Shown here piece by piece: positions 8,669 to 18,586 of a DNA stretch of 64,000 nt. The DNA comes from a virus (Duplodnaviria > Caudoviricetes), in the IMG/VR virus record IMGVR_UViG_2744054526_000001, positions 1-64,000 of that record, one strand, 5' to 3'. The translations under genes and the position numbers were made by a program. The first letter of the stretch is position 1. Each line of letters begins with the position of its first letter. The notes beneath the pieces were generated by a model. That model was not told where the DNA came from and made no database searches. It worked only from the letters and a program-made list of their open reading frames with translations.

Positions 8669-10062
8669 CCGACATGAACATGATCCCTCAGAACATCGAA
8701 GCCGAACAAAGTGTGCTGGGCGGCATGATGCTGGATAGCGGTAGCGATCGCTGCCAGACCGCTATGTCTATGCTCAAACCAGAATCGTTCTACATCCGCC
8801 CCCACCAGGTGATTTTCGCCGAGATGCGGGAGCTGGTAGCCAACCAGAAGCCTATCGACCTGATCACCCTGATTGAGTCGCTGGAGTCGAAAGGGCTTGG
8901 CGAGCAGGCTGGTGGCTTCGCTTACATGGCCGAGATATCCAAAAACACTCCCAGCGCGGCGAACATCGTTCACTACGCCATGCTGGTGCGCGAGAAAGCC
9001 ATGGAGCGTTACGGCATTGACAAGCTGACCAGCGCCACTGAATTGCTGTTCTCCCGCAACGGGATGACCACCAGCCAGAAGTTTGACGCTATTCAGACCC
9101 TGTTCACCGATATCGCTGACTACGCGAAAACCGGTAATCGTCGGGGGCTCCGCGAATTTTCGGAAGTGATGGGCGACTGGGTGGACGAGGTGGAAGCTCG
9201 CTGGAGCGACTCAGACGCAACGCGTGGACTGTCGACGGGGATCGGCTCGCTGGATGACCTGCTGCAACCGAAAGGGCTGGTTAAAGGCGCTCTGATGGTG
9301 ATCGGCGCACGTCCAAAGATGGGTAAAACCACGCTGTATAGCCAGCTGGCCGTCAACTGTGCCGAGGTTGAGCTGCTCCCCGCGCTGATGTTCAGCCTCG
9401 AAATGCCGGATAAGCAGATTGTGGAGCGCATGATCGGGCAGGTAAGCCGCGTGAATACCGACGTGTTTTATGGCGATCGGTACGACGACGCGCAGGTGGC
9501 AATGGCTTTTGCCGCTGGTGGACGTCTTGCCCAGACCGGGAATCTGTACGTCGACGACACTCCCGGGATCACGCTGGCGCACATTGTCGCAGAGTCACGA
9601 CGCATTAAACGCGAACGCGGCGCTGTCGGCATGGTGCTGGTGGACTACCTGACCTTGATGACAGCCGACAAGGCAGACCGTAACGACCTGGCCTACGGGA
9701 TTATAACTAAGGGGCTGAAGAACCTGGCGAAGGAACTGAACTGCATCGTGGTGCTGCTTACCCAGCTGAACCGCGATCTGGAGAAGCGCACCAACAAACG
9801 CCCGATGCCGAGTGATTCCCGCGACACCGGGCAGATTGAGCAGGATTGCGATTACTGGATCGGCATCTACCGCGAAGGCGCATACGACGAAAACGCAGAT
9901 CAGGCGGCTACCGAATTGCTGTTGCGACTGAACCGCCACGGTCCGACCGGCGTTGTGTATTGCGACCAGCGCAACGGTGCGATCTACGACTGTGACCAGG
10001 CTGCTGCTGAGCAGAAACGCCGCGCGAATGATGCCAGACCCAACAAAAAGAGGGAATTTTGA
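8665..10062 (+). CDS. DnaB-like replicative helicase
   Basis: EAEQSVLG, GARPKMGKT, FSLEM, VDYL and QLNR motifs. Confidence 0.95.
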   Translation: MTDMNMIPQNIEAEQSVLGGMMLDSGSDRCQTAMSMLKPESFYIRPHQVIFAEMRELVANQKPIDLITLIESLESKGLGEQAGGFAYMAEISKNTPSAANIVHYAMLVREKAMERYGIDKLTSATELLFSRNGMTTSQKFDAIQTLFTDIADYAKTGNRRGLREFSEVMGDWVDEVEARWSDSDATRGLSTGIGSLDDLLQPKGLVKGALMVIGARPKMGKTTLYSQLAVNCAEVELLPALMFSLEMPDKQIVERMIGQVSRVNTDVFYGDRYDDAQVAMAFAAGGRLAQTGNLYVDDTPGITLAHIVAESRRIKRERGAVGMVLVDYLTLMTADKADRNDLAYGIITKGLKNLAKELNCIVVLLTQLNRDLEKRTNKRPMPSDSRDTGQIEQDCDYWIGIYREGAYDENADQAATELLLRLNRHGPTGVVYCDQRNGAIYDCDQAAAEQKRRANDARPNKKREF

Positions 10063-10352
10063 TGAAAATTTACATTGCTGGGCCAATGACCGGCATCCCG
10101 AAATATAACCGCCCTGCGTTCCATTTTGAGGCTTTGCGCCTGGCTTCGGAAGGCCATGTGGTGTTAAACCCCGCGACGCTTCCCGATGGCCTGAGCCAGC
10201 CAGAGTACATGGATATTTGTCTCGCTATGCTCCGCTGCGCTGACGGCATTTTCCTGCTGTCCGGCTGGCAGAACTCCGCAGGCGCAAAAGCGGAACACGC
10301 TCTGGCTCAAAAGCTGGATCTGGAAATCATTCATCAGGAGAGTGCGGTATGA
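10062..10352 (+). CDS. DUF4406 family protein
   Basis: KIYIAGPMTG...LNPA...SAGAKAE. Confidence 0.8.
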   Translation: MKIYIAGPMTGIPKYNRPAFHFEALRLASEGHVVLNPATLPDGLSQPEYMDICLAMLRCADGIFLLSGWQNSAGAKAEHALAQKLDLEIIHQESAV

Positions 10353-10828
10353 CCAACAAAACCAAAGAACTCGTAGCTGCCGGGCATGCGCTGGCGAAAG
10401 AGCTGCATTGCGCTGAGTCTGCCGCGCTGGTGCGCGAACTGGCGACGCAGCTGGATGTGCAGCGTGCTCGCGCTGATGTGTTGGCTGACGCAGATAAGCA
10501 GAACACCGAGCTGAAAGACGAGAATGAGTACATCCGCAATCGCTTCAAAGAGCTTGATCGGATGTTCGGTAAGAACCTGCTTGTCATGCAAGCGGCTGTT
10601 ATCGACTGGCGCACCACCGGCGACGCCAAGAACGGGATGGCCTGGATTTTTAACACCCTGCTTGGTCCCGGCGAGCTACCCAACGAGGACGAGAAAGACG
10701 CTCAGGCCTATTTTGACCGCGAATACGCGCCACTCGACAAAGAGCTGATGGATCTTCACCAGTGGTTTCGTGAGCGCCATAAGCGCATTGAATCCAAAGG
10801 TGCTGTTATTCAGGAGGCCGCCCAATGA
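10349..10828 (+). CDS. Phage hypothetical protein
   Basis: 159 aa, ATGA-coupled. Confidence 0.65.
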   Translation: MTNKTKELVAAGHALAKELHCAESAALVRELATQLDVQRARADVLADADKQNTELKDENEYIRNRFKELDRMFGKNLLVMQAAVIDWRTTGDAKNGMAWIFNTLLGPGELPNEDEKDAQAYFDREYAPLDKELMDLHQWFRERHKRIESKGAVIQEAAQ

Positions 10829-11208
10829 GCAACATCGACAAACGTGGATTACGGGAAGCAGCGGAGAAGGCGACGAAAGGCCGGTGGGCTGTTGAGTTCG
10901 ACGATGAGATTTACTCCACTGACGGCGTGAACCATGAGCAAATAGCCATGGTATTCAGTGAAAACGAAGCGCGTGATGCTGCATTTATCGCCGCAGCCAA
11001 CCCCGCCACCGTGCTGGCGCTGCTGGATGAGCTGGAAGCCGCAGAGAAGCGGATTGCTGAGCTGGAAGCGAAGCTCGATAGCGCAGATAAATTGCAAGAT
11101 AGCGCATTTCGTCATGGTCTTCAGCATGGCTTCAGTTTAGGTCAAACGGATAATCAGGCTGGATTTGAAGAGTGCTTATCTGCCTATGGCACCGGTAAAG
11201 GAGAGTGA
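10825..11208 (+). CDS. Ead/Ea22-like protein
   Basis: LREAAEKAT..W..AAFIAAANPATVLALLDELE. Confidence 0.85.
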   Translation: MSNIDKRGLREAAEKATKGRWAVEFDDEIYSTDGVNHEQIAMVFSENEARDAAFIAAANPATVLALLDELEAAEKRIAELEAKLDSADKLQDSAFRHGLQHGFSLGQTDNQAGFEECLSAYGTGKGE

Positions 11209-11483
11209 ATGTGAAAAATTATCTCAGCAATTTAGCCAGCATGCTTCAGGGGATTGCAGGTGTCATTTCAGACGGCGAGCGGGTGCAGAAAGAGTGCCCT
11301 GCGCACTTAAAGTCAGCACTACTCGAGGCTTCTCACGCGCTAGATGGTCAATCGGTCAGGGTCAATTATCCGCCTAATGGAAAGCCTGAAATTGTTAATG
11401 CCCGCGGACACCATCGACCGCTTACCTTCCGGGAACGAGTGGCAATCCGCTTACTTGGTGGCAGGACGGAGATTCGCCCATGA
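11205..11483 (+). CDS. Phage hypothetical protein
   Basis: 92 aa, coupled on both sides. Confidence 0.6.
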   Translation: MNVKNYLSNLASMLQGIAGVISDGERVQKECPAHLKSALLEASHALDGQSVRVNYPPNGKPEIVNARGHHRPLTFRERVAIRLLGGRTEIRP

Positions 11484-12871
11484 GCACTATTACCAGAGAA
11501 CTGGCAAAGCTGTTCAGAAAAATTACGAATTCTGAAATTGATGCGGAGGGTAACGCTCATGTTGTTTTATCTCCTGCTGATAGCCTCCTGATTAATAATG
11601 CGCGTATCGCGCTGGCATCGCTCGAAGCGGAGCCTGCCATTCACCGCTGGCGTCGGGTGACCTCTGAACCATACGGCCCCTATCCTTGGCATTATGGTGA
11701 TTTTATCGGCTTCTCAAAGCCCGTTGATGGGATTGAGGATGAGTATTTTTACACCGCCCCGCCAGCGCCGGTATCTGTGCCTGATGCGATGGAAATGGAT
11801 GATGACTTTGACAGCGCGTTTGAACACGGAAAAGCTGTCGGCTGGAACGCCTATCGCGCAGCCATGCTTCAGGCCGAACCTGTAAGTAATAGTGATGAGT
11901 TACCGCTGGACTATCTGCAAGGACACAAAGACGGCCTGGAGTGGGCTGCACAATTGGCAGAAGCCAATCATCCGCAAACAGGTGACTGGTTGTACGATGA
12001 CCCAATCGATCTTGCCAGGGCGATTCGCAAAGGTCCGGATATGCCTACTGTTCAGGGTGGCAACTCTCCGGTGATTCCTGATGAGGTGTTATCAGCAATC
12101 CGTAAAGTCGCCAGAATTCGCACAGACTTCGATCATTTCGACGGCGACAGACGAGGTATCGGTGATTGTCTGGATGAGGCCGAGCAAGAGCTTATCGTTA
12201 CCATTAACAAATATGCCAGTCAGTTGGCAGCAGAACCGATAGCGACTAATGACGTTCGAGAGCAGCAGACAGCCGTTCCGCCAATACAGGCTGATGTCGC
12301 GCAAGCAATTGAAAATCTCAAGCAGAAGTTAGTGGAATGCAATCGCTATAACTACTGCGCAGATGCAGTGAAGAACGTTGAGGATGCCTGCCACGCCGCC
12401 ATGCTTCAGGGTAGCCAACCTGTAAGTAAGCGCGAACAGGTTCGCCGTGAACACGCTGAATGGTCAGATAAGACTTTCGGCGATGTTGGTCCCGTTGGCC
12501 CGCTTAAACACCTGTCGAAAGAGGCGCTGGAAGCTGCCGCAGAACCTGACGACCTCAGCGAGTGGGCTGACATGCAGTTCCTGTTATGGGACGCCCAGCG
12601 GCGCGCCGGTATCAGTGACGGTGAAATCACAGCTGCGATGGAAGAAAAGCTGAAAGTGAACATGGCGCGCCAGTGGCCGGAGCCGAAGGACGGAGAGCCG
12701 CGCCAGCATCTTAAGCCAGCGCCGCAGACAGTGCCTGATTCTGTGATCAGCGCAGCAGTAAATGGAATTATGGCAACTTATGCCGACAATGCGGAAGATT
12801 GCCGGGAAATGGTACGCACACATGTTGAACAAGCCTGTCGTGCCGCTATTCAGGAGTCCGGTCATGGCTAA
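11480..12871 (+). CDS. Eaa-like mosaic protein with DUF550 (MazG-like dNTP pyrophosphohydrolase) domain
   Basis: HAEWSDKTFG..GPLKHLSKEALE...EWADMQFLLWDA; repeated AAMLQ junctions. Confidence 0.75.
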   Translation: MSTITRELAKLFRKITNSEIDAEGNAHVVLSPADSLLINNARIALASLEAEPAIHRWRRVTSEPYGPYPWHYGDFIGFSKPVDGIEDEYFYTAPPAPVSVPDAMEMDDDFDSAFEHGKAVGWNAYRAAMLQAEPVSNSDELPLDYLQGHKDGLEWAAQLAEANHPQTGDWLYDDPIDLARAIRKGPDMPTVQGGNSPVIPDEVLSAIRKVARIRTDFDHFDGDRRGIGDCLDEAEQELIVTINKYASQLAAEPIATNDVREQQTAVPPIQADVAQAIENLKQKLVECNRYNYCADAVKNVEDACHAAMLQGSQPVSKREQVRREHAEWSDKTFGDVGPVGPLKHLSKEALEAAAEPDDLSEWADMQFLLWDAQRRAGISDGEITAAMEEKLKVNMARQWPEPKDGEPRQHLKPAPQTVPDSVISAAVNGIMATYADNAEDCREMVRTHVEQACRAAIQESGHG

Positions 12872-13202
12872 ATCTGCCGCTGAACGCAAAGCCGCCCAGC
12901 GAGCCCGGCAAGCTGCTGCTGGTGGTCGTAAATTTTAGCTCATGCTTGATACGCAGGAACTGGAGATGCTGGCGCGGAACTGCGCTGGGCGGCGCCCGGG
13001 TCGTGACCCATACGAACTGAGCGAATACATTGCGCTTCTGATCCGCCAGGATGATGCCCGGGTGCGCGGTCGCATTAAAGCCATCAGTGCTAACCGGTGC
13101 GGGAAGTGTGGTGACAGCCTGCCGGTTAAGTCGTGTCCGTGCGACGGTGATTCGCAATGCTGGCTTACGCGTGGCTGGCATGAAACTAAACTATCGGTGT
13201 GA
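12864..13202 (+). pseudogene. Phage hypothetical gene with in-frame amber stop
   Basis: MAKSAAERKAAQRARQ...RKF-TAG(12936)-LMLDTQE continues in frame to a CxxC-rich end. Confidence 0.7.
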
Positions 13203-13229
13203 CATGTCACAATGTAATCAATAACATAC

Positions 13230-13252
13230 AAGCCTCTTCGGAGGCTTTTTTT
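13230..13252 (+). terminator. Rho-independent terminator
   Basis: AAGCCTC-TTCG-GAGGCTT followed by T run. Confidence 0.8.
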
Positions 13253-13442
13253 GTCGGCGTTAAATTGCTTTTGCCACAATGCCCAGCCATAATATCCCTG
13301 TCAGCCTGAACAACTGACACCCGGACATTCGCGCCACGGAGAACACCATGGCGCAGCACCACCAGCTTAAACACAATCGCCTGACGTTATCCGACGTCAG
13401 CGATTTGTCGTATCTGTCGCTTAACCTCTTCGGGGGTGACGC

Positions 13443-13895
13443 GTGAGCCAACAATTCCACCTCGTTAATGAAAGCGTTAAGCAGAACGCTATCAACTACA
13501 TTCGTCAGTTGCCGGTCGACAGCAAGCGCCCGCTGATTCTGGACGTGAAAGAATCGACGCGCACCGCCATTCAAAACCGCAAGATGTGGCCGCTACTGAA
13601 AGACCTTTCCGACCAGGTTCTCTGGTTCGGCAATAAATACGATTCCGACGACTGGAAAGACCTCATCACCGCGCTGGTGGCGAAGACCAAAAAGCAGGAA
13701 CAGCGAATGGCCCCCGGGCTTGATGGCGGCGTCGTGATGTTCGGCCAACGCACCAGCAAAATGACCATCCCCCAGATGGTAGAAGTCATAGAGGCAATTT
13801 ACTGGTTCGGCACCCAGCAGGGCGTCACATTCAGCGAACAATCCCGCAATGAAATCGAGTGGGCAAAGCGCTGGGGGGAAAGCAATGCGAAATAA
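13443..13895 (+). CDS. ninB: NinB recombination protein
   Basis: RTAIQNRKMWPLL.D...WKD...TSKM. Confidence 0.88.
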   Translation: MSQQFHLVNESVKQNAINYIRQLPVDSKRPLILDVKESTRTAIQNRKMWPLLKDLSDQVLWFGNKYDSDDWKDLITALVAKTKKQEQRMAPGLDGGVVMFGQRTSKMTIPQMVEVIEAIYWFGTQQGVTFSEQSRNEIEWAKRWGESNAK

Positions 13896-14184
13896 CCCCA
13901 ATCAGAGAACCTACCGAAGCAAAAAATGGCTCGCTGCTGTCGGGCAGATCGAACAGTGCGTGTTATGCGGCTCGTGGGGGACGCAGGTAGCGCATCGCAA
14001 TGAAGGTAAAGGCATGGGCCTGAAAGCCGATGATTGCGCCACGGCGGCGATCTGCGTTTGCTGCCACGACAGCATCGACAACGGGAGCAAGCTATCGCGC
14101 GACGAACGCCGCCAGCTGATGGACCGCGCTATCGTTCTGACCGTTATCCAGATCGCCCGCCTTGGGCTGGTGGTGCCAGCATGA
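13885..14184 (+). CDS. DUF968/DUF1364-type Zn-binding nin-region protein
   Basis: CVLCG..AH..GKGMGLK.DD..C..CHD. Confidence 0.75.
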   Translation: MRNNPNQRTYRSKKWLAAVGQIEQCVLCGSWGTQVAHRNEGKGMGLKADDCATAAICVCCHDSIDNGSKLSRDERRQLMDRAIVLTVIQIARLGLVVPA

Positions 14185-14540
14185 AAATTTACGATATCAC
14201 GCCGATCGGCAAGCCCCGCATGACTCGGAGCGATCGCTGGCGCAGCAGGCCGGAAACCTCCGCTTACTGGTTCTTTAAAGCTCAGGTTCGCCGTCTCGGT
14301 ATAACCCTCCCGGAATCCGGTTACCACATAACATTCGTTTTGCCCATGCCGAAAAGCTGGAGCAAGAAGAAGCGTCAGCAGCATGACGGACAGCCACACC
14401 AGACCAAGCCGGATAAGGACAATCTGGAGAAAGCGTTACTGGATGCGATATTCGATGATGACTGTCGGATATGGGACGGCAGGGTAACGAAACGATGGGG
14501 AGAGACAGGCCAGATCATTATCCAGGAGAATGCAGAATGA
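14181..14540 (+). CDS. rusA: RusA-family Holliday junction resolvase
   Basis: KPDKDNLEKALLDA..DD. Confidence 0.88.
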   Translation: MKIYDITPIGKPRMTRSDRWRSRPETSAYWFFKAQVRRLGITLPESGYHITFVLPMPKSWSKKKRQQHDGQPHQTKPDKDNLEKALLDAIFDDDCRIWDGRVTKRWGETGQIIIQENAE

Positions 14541-15220
14541 CACGCAACGACATTAACAATTACCAGAAAGCGTCTGTTGAGCGTACCAACCCGCAAAACG
14601 CCTGGGTGACGCTGGCAGCAGCACCGCGCAGATCTTACCTGGGGAAATACCGTCGACTGACACCATCGCAAAGTCGTTGGGTTCGTTCGTTGCTGAACCA
14701 CTGGGGCGGCATGTACGGGGGCAGCGGAACAGAGCACCTTTCTGGTGGCGGTGGTATGTGGTCAATGATATTGACCGGCTGGACTGGCGAACAGCAGGAG
14801 CGGATCGCTACCGTACTGTCTGGTCTGCGTAAAATTGGCTATACCGGAGATGCGTTGTTTGAGCAGGCTAAAGCCATCATCTGGCCGAAGAAATTACTTT
14901 CTGACCTGATCGGCAACGCCGGGGATCAAGAGGAAGCTGCATTCATGGAGGCTATCATCATGAAGTCCTTCAAGCCGGGGAATCCCGTGTATGAGATAGG
15001 GAAGGACTATTACACCTGGAGGAAAACCATTAATGACATGGCACGGTGGATGCAATATTACTACGCGCCGTTTCTGACCGAAAAGCAATGTATTGACCGC
15101 GTGCGCTGGTGTATTGAGTTGTTTAATTCTGCTGTCTTCTTCACGTTAAAAGATGAATTTGGCTTCGAAAATGCAAAAACTTGCGAAAAAGACTTGAAAA
15201 CGAGTTTTGAAACTGCATAA
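14537..15220 (+). CDS. Late antiterminator Q-like protein
   Basis: 227 aa after rusA, directly before late promoter, terminator and lysis genes. Confidence 0.6.
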   Translation: MTRNDINNYQKASVERTNPQNAWVTLAAAPRRSYLGKYRRLTPSQSRWVRSLLNHWGGMYGGSGTEHLSGGGGMWSMILTGWTGEQQERIATVLSGLRKIGYTGDALFEQAKAIIWPKKLLSDLIGNAGDQEEAAFMEAIIMKSFKPGNPVYEIGKDYYTWRKTINDMARWMQYYYAPFLTEKQCIDRVRWCIELFNSAVFFTLKDEFGFENAKTCEKDLKTSFETA

Positions 15221-15301
15221 TTCAGATATGCTCGGACGTCAAAGGCGAAAGAGCTTACCCACCAGCGGAGATGCCTTGCGCGGAGCGGTGTGAACCACAT
15301 T

Positions 15302-15331
15302 TAAGCCCTTGCAGAAATGCAGGGGCTTTTT
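15302..15331 (+). terminator. tR'-like terminator
   Basis: AAGCCCTTGCA-GAAA-TGCAGGGGCTTTTT. Confidence 0.75.
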
Positions 15332-15338
15332 GCATTCA

Positions 15339-15413
15339 GGGTCAGAAGCACAGAGGTTGTGAGATCGGCTGTTAACCGATTGGTCGAAGGTTCGAATCCT
15401 TCCTGTCCCGCCA
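15339..15413 (+). tRNA. tRNA-Asn(GTT), non-canonical
   Basis: Anticodon arm ATCGG-CTGTTAA-CCGAT, T-arm GAAGG-TTCGAAT-CCTTC, CCA end; mismatches in acceptor and D stems. Confidence 0.75.
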
Positions 15414-15570
15414 AATACCTACCAGGACCATAAGAGCAAAAGCTCAACGCACTACCCTCTATTGCCCACCGCGCCGTGGGCTTTTTTATTTCAGGCTCCG
15501 GGAACCATCATCGACACGCCTACTTGTTAAATCGTCCCGAGGGCCTGAATCAACTACACACGGAATAAAT

Positions 15571-15972
15571 ATGTCTGAGACCTTCACTATCGTAGGCGTT
15601 GGTCTTACATCGTCATCAGTCGGTGTAACCTTTGCCACGCTGTTTCCGGAGGCGACTCCAGCAGTGATGCTCGGATCACTCGCCGGAACGGCGCTATACG
15701 TTCTGACATCAGATCCCCATCAACTCTGGAAGCAGGCTATCTTTGCGCTGATATCGTTTATCAGTGGAGTGTTCTTCTCCGTGCCCATGGCGAAAATCAT
15801 GGCCGGAATCATCAACACGCCGTTAAGCCTGATGAAGCCACCGGCCAGCATTGAAGTATCGCCAGCTGTCGGTGCAATTGTCACTGCTTCCATTTCCGTG
15901 GCAGTCCTGCTGCGCATTCTCCGCAAATCCAAAAGCGGGAAGATGCCGGGGCTGGGGGAGGAAGATAAATGA
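15571..15972 (+). CDS. Putative holin/antiholin
   Basis: Several TM segments and basic C-terminus; first lysis gene. Confidence 0.7.
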   Translation: MSETFTIVGVGLTSSSVGVTFATLFPEATPAVMLGSLAGTALYVLTSDPHQLWKQAIFALISFISGVFFSVPMAKIMAGIINTPLSLMKPPASIEVSPAVGAIVTASISVAVLLRILRKSKSGKMPGLGEEDK

Positions 15973-16244
15973 CATGGCAGCTTCTTCTGATGGATGCAAA
16001 CGCCATAGTTTGCCTGTTAATAATGGTCAGGCTGATGTTTTTCCGTAAGGAGGGAAAGCGTCATCGCCTGAGTGTCGCGGTACTGGCCTATCTGGTCATC
16101 CTTGCCGCCGGATTCAACGCCTTCAACATTCTTCTCGGCCACTACGTTCAGGTTAATCTAGGCGATCTGCTGCTTAACTCCGTCATCTGCATGGCGGTGT
16201 GGCTGGCGCGTGGGAACCTGGCGAAGGTCGTTATAACGGAGTAG
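15969..16244 (+). CDS. Phage holin
   Basis: 91 aa, 3 TM segments, ARGN motif; precedes endolysin. Confidence 0.75.
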   Translation: MTWQLLLMDANAIVCLLIMVRLMFFRKEGKRHRLSVAVLAYLVILAAGFNAFNILLGHYVQVNLGDLLLNSVICMAVWLARGNLAKVVITE

Positions 16245-16247
16245 TCC

Positions 16248-16688
16248 ATGCAAACCAGCGAAAAGGGCATTGCCCTAATCAAAGAATTCGAAGGCTGTAG
16301 ACTCACCGCTTACCAGGACAGCGTGGGCGTATGGACGATCGGCTATGGCTGGACTCAACCTGTGGATGGAAAACCAATCCGCGCCGGGATGACTATCAAG
16401 CAGGAAACGGCAGAGCGTCTGCTGAAGACAGGACTGGTCAGCTACGAAAGCGACGTTTCCCGCCTGGTTAAAGTCGGCCTGACTCAGGGGCAATTCGACG
16501 CCCTGGTGTCGTTCACGTACAACCTCGGAGCCCGGTCACTGTCGACATCGACTCTTCTGCGAAAACTCAACGCCGGAGATTACGCTGGCGCTGCCGATGA
16601 GTTCCTGCGCTGGAATAAAGCGGGTGGTAAGGTCCTTAACGGGCTGACTCGTCGGCGGGAGGCAGAGCGGACTCTGTTCCTATCATGA
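16248..16688 (+). CDS. Endolysin (GH24 lysozyme)
   Basis: FEG..L.AY.D..G.WTIGYG; GLTRRREAE. Confidence 0.95.
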   Translation: MQTSEKGIALIKEFEGCRLTAYQDSVGVWTIGYGWTQPVDGKPIRAGMTIKQETAERLLKTGLVSYESDVSRLVKVGLTQGQFDALVSFTYNLGARSLSTSTLLRKLNAGDYAGAADEFLRWNKAGGKVLNGLTRRREAERTLFLS

Positions 16689-17158
16689 TTGGCGCGCTGG
16701 TTAAGCGTTACTGGCTGCAACTGATTGTGGTGTCGGTAATCGGCGTGCTGGCGTTCTTCGTTAACCACTACCGCGACAACGCCATCACCTATAAAGACCA
16801 GCGCGATAAAGCCACTGAGAAACTCAGCCTGGCTCACGCTACCATCAAAGACATGCAGACACGTCAGCGTGATGTCGCTGCACTGGATGCCAAATACACG
16901 AAGGAATTGTCCGATGCGAAAAAAACCATTAACGATTTGCGTCGGGATGTCGATTCTGGCGCTAAACGGCTGCGCATCGCTGCAACCTGCCCTGGAGTGT
17001 CCAAAGCCACCTCCGCCTCCGGCGTGGATGATGCAGGATCCCCCGAACTTACTCCAGACGCTCGACGGAATTATTTCGATCACCGGGACGGAATCGCAAC
17101 CGCTGACAAAATGATTCGCGGCATGCAGGACTACATCAAAGAGCAGTGTCTTAAATGA
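16685..17158 (+). CDS. Rz: Rz i-spanin
   Basis: N-terminal TM, LDAKYTKEL, RLRI.ATC. Confidence 0.9.
   Translation: MIGALVKRYWLQLIVVSVIGVLAFFVNHYRDNAITYKDQRDKATEKLSLAHATIKDMQTRQRDVAALDAKYTKELSDAKKTINDLRRDVDSGAKRLRIAATCPGVSKATSASGVDDAGSPELTPDARRNYFDHRDGIATADKMIRGMQDYIKEQCLK
16914..17114 (+). CDS. Rz1: Rz1 o-spanin (embedded)
   Basis: Lipobox LNGC and Pro-rich CPKPPPPPAWMM in the +1 frame of Rz. Confidence 0.88.
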   Translation: MRKKPLTICVGMSILALNGCASLQPALECPKPPPPPAWMMQDPPNLLQTLDGIISITGTESQPLTK

Positions 17159-17176
17159 TTCGTTACCCAAATAACA

Positions 17177-17202
17177 GAGCCTGACTTCGGTCGGGCTTTT
17201 TT
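17177..17202 (+). terminator. Rho-independent terminator
   Basis: GAGCCTGAC-TTCG-GTCGGGCTTTTTT. Confidence 0.8.
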
Positions 17203-17355
17203 ATGCCCGCAGTAAACCGCGCACCGCAGCGCATTCAAACCACGTCGAACCATACCCTTTGAAATGAGCCTTTGAGGAAGTCAGTTAGTGCTGGCGAGCC
17301 TCGACGGGCTGATTTCCTATGCGGCAAAGGTTCATCTCAAAGAAAGGTACACGCT

Positions 17356-17874
17356 ATGAATAATCCGTCAGTTATTCCGGCTTTCGATTTTCGTGAAATG
17401 GTCACGACTTTCGATAACAAGATAATCACCACATCACTCAAGGTAGCGGACTACTTTGGTAAGCGACACAAAGACGTTTTGCGCGCCATACGTAACCTGA
17501 AATGCTCCGAAGACTTCACCCAGCGCAATTTTGCGCCCATTGATTTCATTGATAAAAATGGTGATGTTCAACCTATGTATAACATCACCCGCGACGGATG
17601 CATGATGCTAGTGATGGGATTCACTGGCAAAACAGCTGCCGCAGTGAAGGAGTGTTACATCAATGCCTTCAACTGGATGGCCGAGCAGCTAAACCGGCGC
17701 ATGGCGATGGGTGAAGAATTGCAGCATCGCTACGCCATCAAAGAAACGCGCTCAAAGCTGAAAGGCACGATCGGAAGCCGTTTGATGAACGAGCGGAAGA
17801 AAGAGAAGCGCGTCCTGGAGCTCGAACATGAGCACATCATGCAGGTAACGCAGCCGGAATTACTTATTGGCTGA
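17356..17874 (+). CDS. Rha-family regulatory protein
   Basis: TTSLKVADYFGKRHKDVLRAIRNL; LVMGFTGK. Confidence 0.9.
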   Translation: MNNPSVIPAFDFREMVTTFDNKIITTSLKVADYFGKRHKDVLRAIRNLKCSEDFTQRNFAPIDFIDKNGDVQPMYNITRDGCMMLVMGFTGKTAAAVKECYINAFNWMAEQLNRRMAMGEELQHRYAIKETRSKLKGTIGSRLMNERKKEKRVLELEHEHIMQVTQPELLIG

Positions 17875-17934
17875 TCGCGGCATTACAGAAGCCCTTCATT
17901 GAGGGGCTTCGATAATGGAGCACTGGAATTATTC

Positions 17935-18555
17935 ATGAACAGACCACACCCACCAGCGCATTTTACGATGCCACCTGACCCGAAGCCGTACATCAGCATT
18001 ATGCCCGCTAATGACGTTGGCGAGTGGCTGAATCAGCACATCCTGAGCGATGAGGGTGACCTCTACAACCCTGATCACCGGCATTTGCTTGAAGCGGATC
18101 TGTGCTTTCTCTGGGCGTCGAACGCTTTCGAGAAGAAAGGGCGTTCCGTGCTGGGGCAGGCGGAAGAAGTGGCAATGCGGGCTGGAGGCTGGCAGAAAGC
18201 GCGGATGGAGCAGCAGATGTATGAATGGTTCGGCAGGGTGCCGCAGTTCATCATCACGCTCGCCGCCGATTACTGTTCGCAATGTTCCGATCTGGAGTTC
18301 TGCGCGCTGATAGAGCACGAGCTTTATCACATCTGCCACGCGACAGATGAATTTGGCGCGCCGAAGTTCACGCAGGAAGGGCAGCCAAAGCTGAAGCTGC
18401 GCGGCCATGACGTGGAAGAGTTTGTGGGCGTGGTTCGCCGTTACGGTGCGAGCCGGGACGTGCAGGAAATGATTGATGCGGCGAATCAGCCAGCGGAGGT
18501 TGCTCATCTCGATATTGCCAGAGCGTGCGGGACGTGCATGTTAAAGCTGGCGTGA
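17935..18555 (+). CDS. Putative phage metallopeptidase
   Basis: HELYH motif and HDVEEF; lies before terminase. Confidence 0.75.
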   Translation: MNRPHPPAHFTMPPDPKPYISIMPANDVGEWLNQHILSDEGDLYNPDHRHLLEADLCFLWASNAFEKKGRSVLGQAEEVAMRAGGWQKARMEQQMYEWFGRVPQFIITLAADYCSQCSDLEFCALIEHELYHICHATDEFGAPKFTQEGQPKLKLRGHDVEEFVGVVRRYGASRDVQEMIDAANQPAEVAHLDIARACGTCMLKLA

Positions 18556-18586
18556 ATTCTAGACTGGTATGGACGGATGGTGAAAT

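Noticed and set aside
12936-15413. Amber suppression of the 12936 TAG by the phage tRNA
   Set aside because: The anticodon is GTT (Asn), not CTA, and there is no sign of genome-wide recoding.
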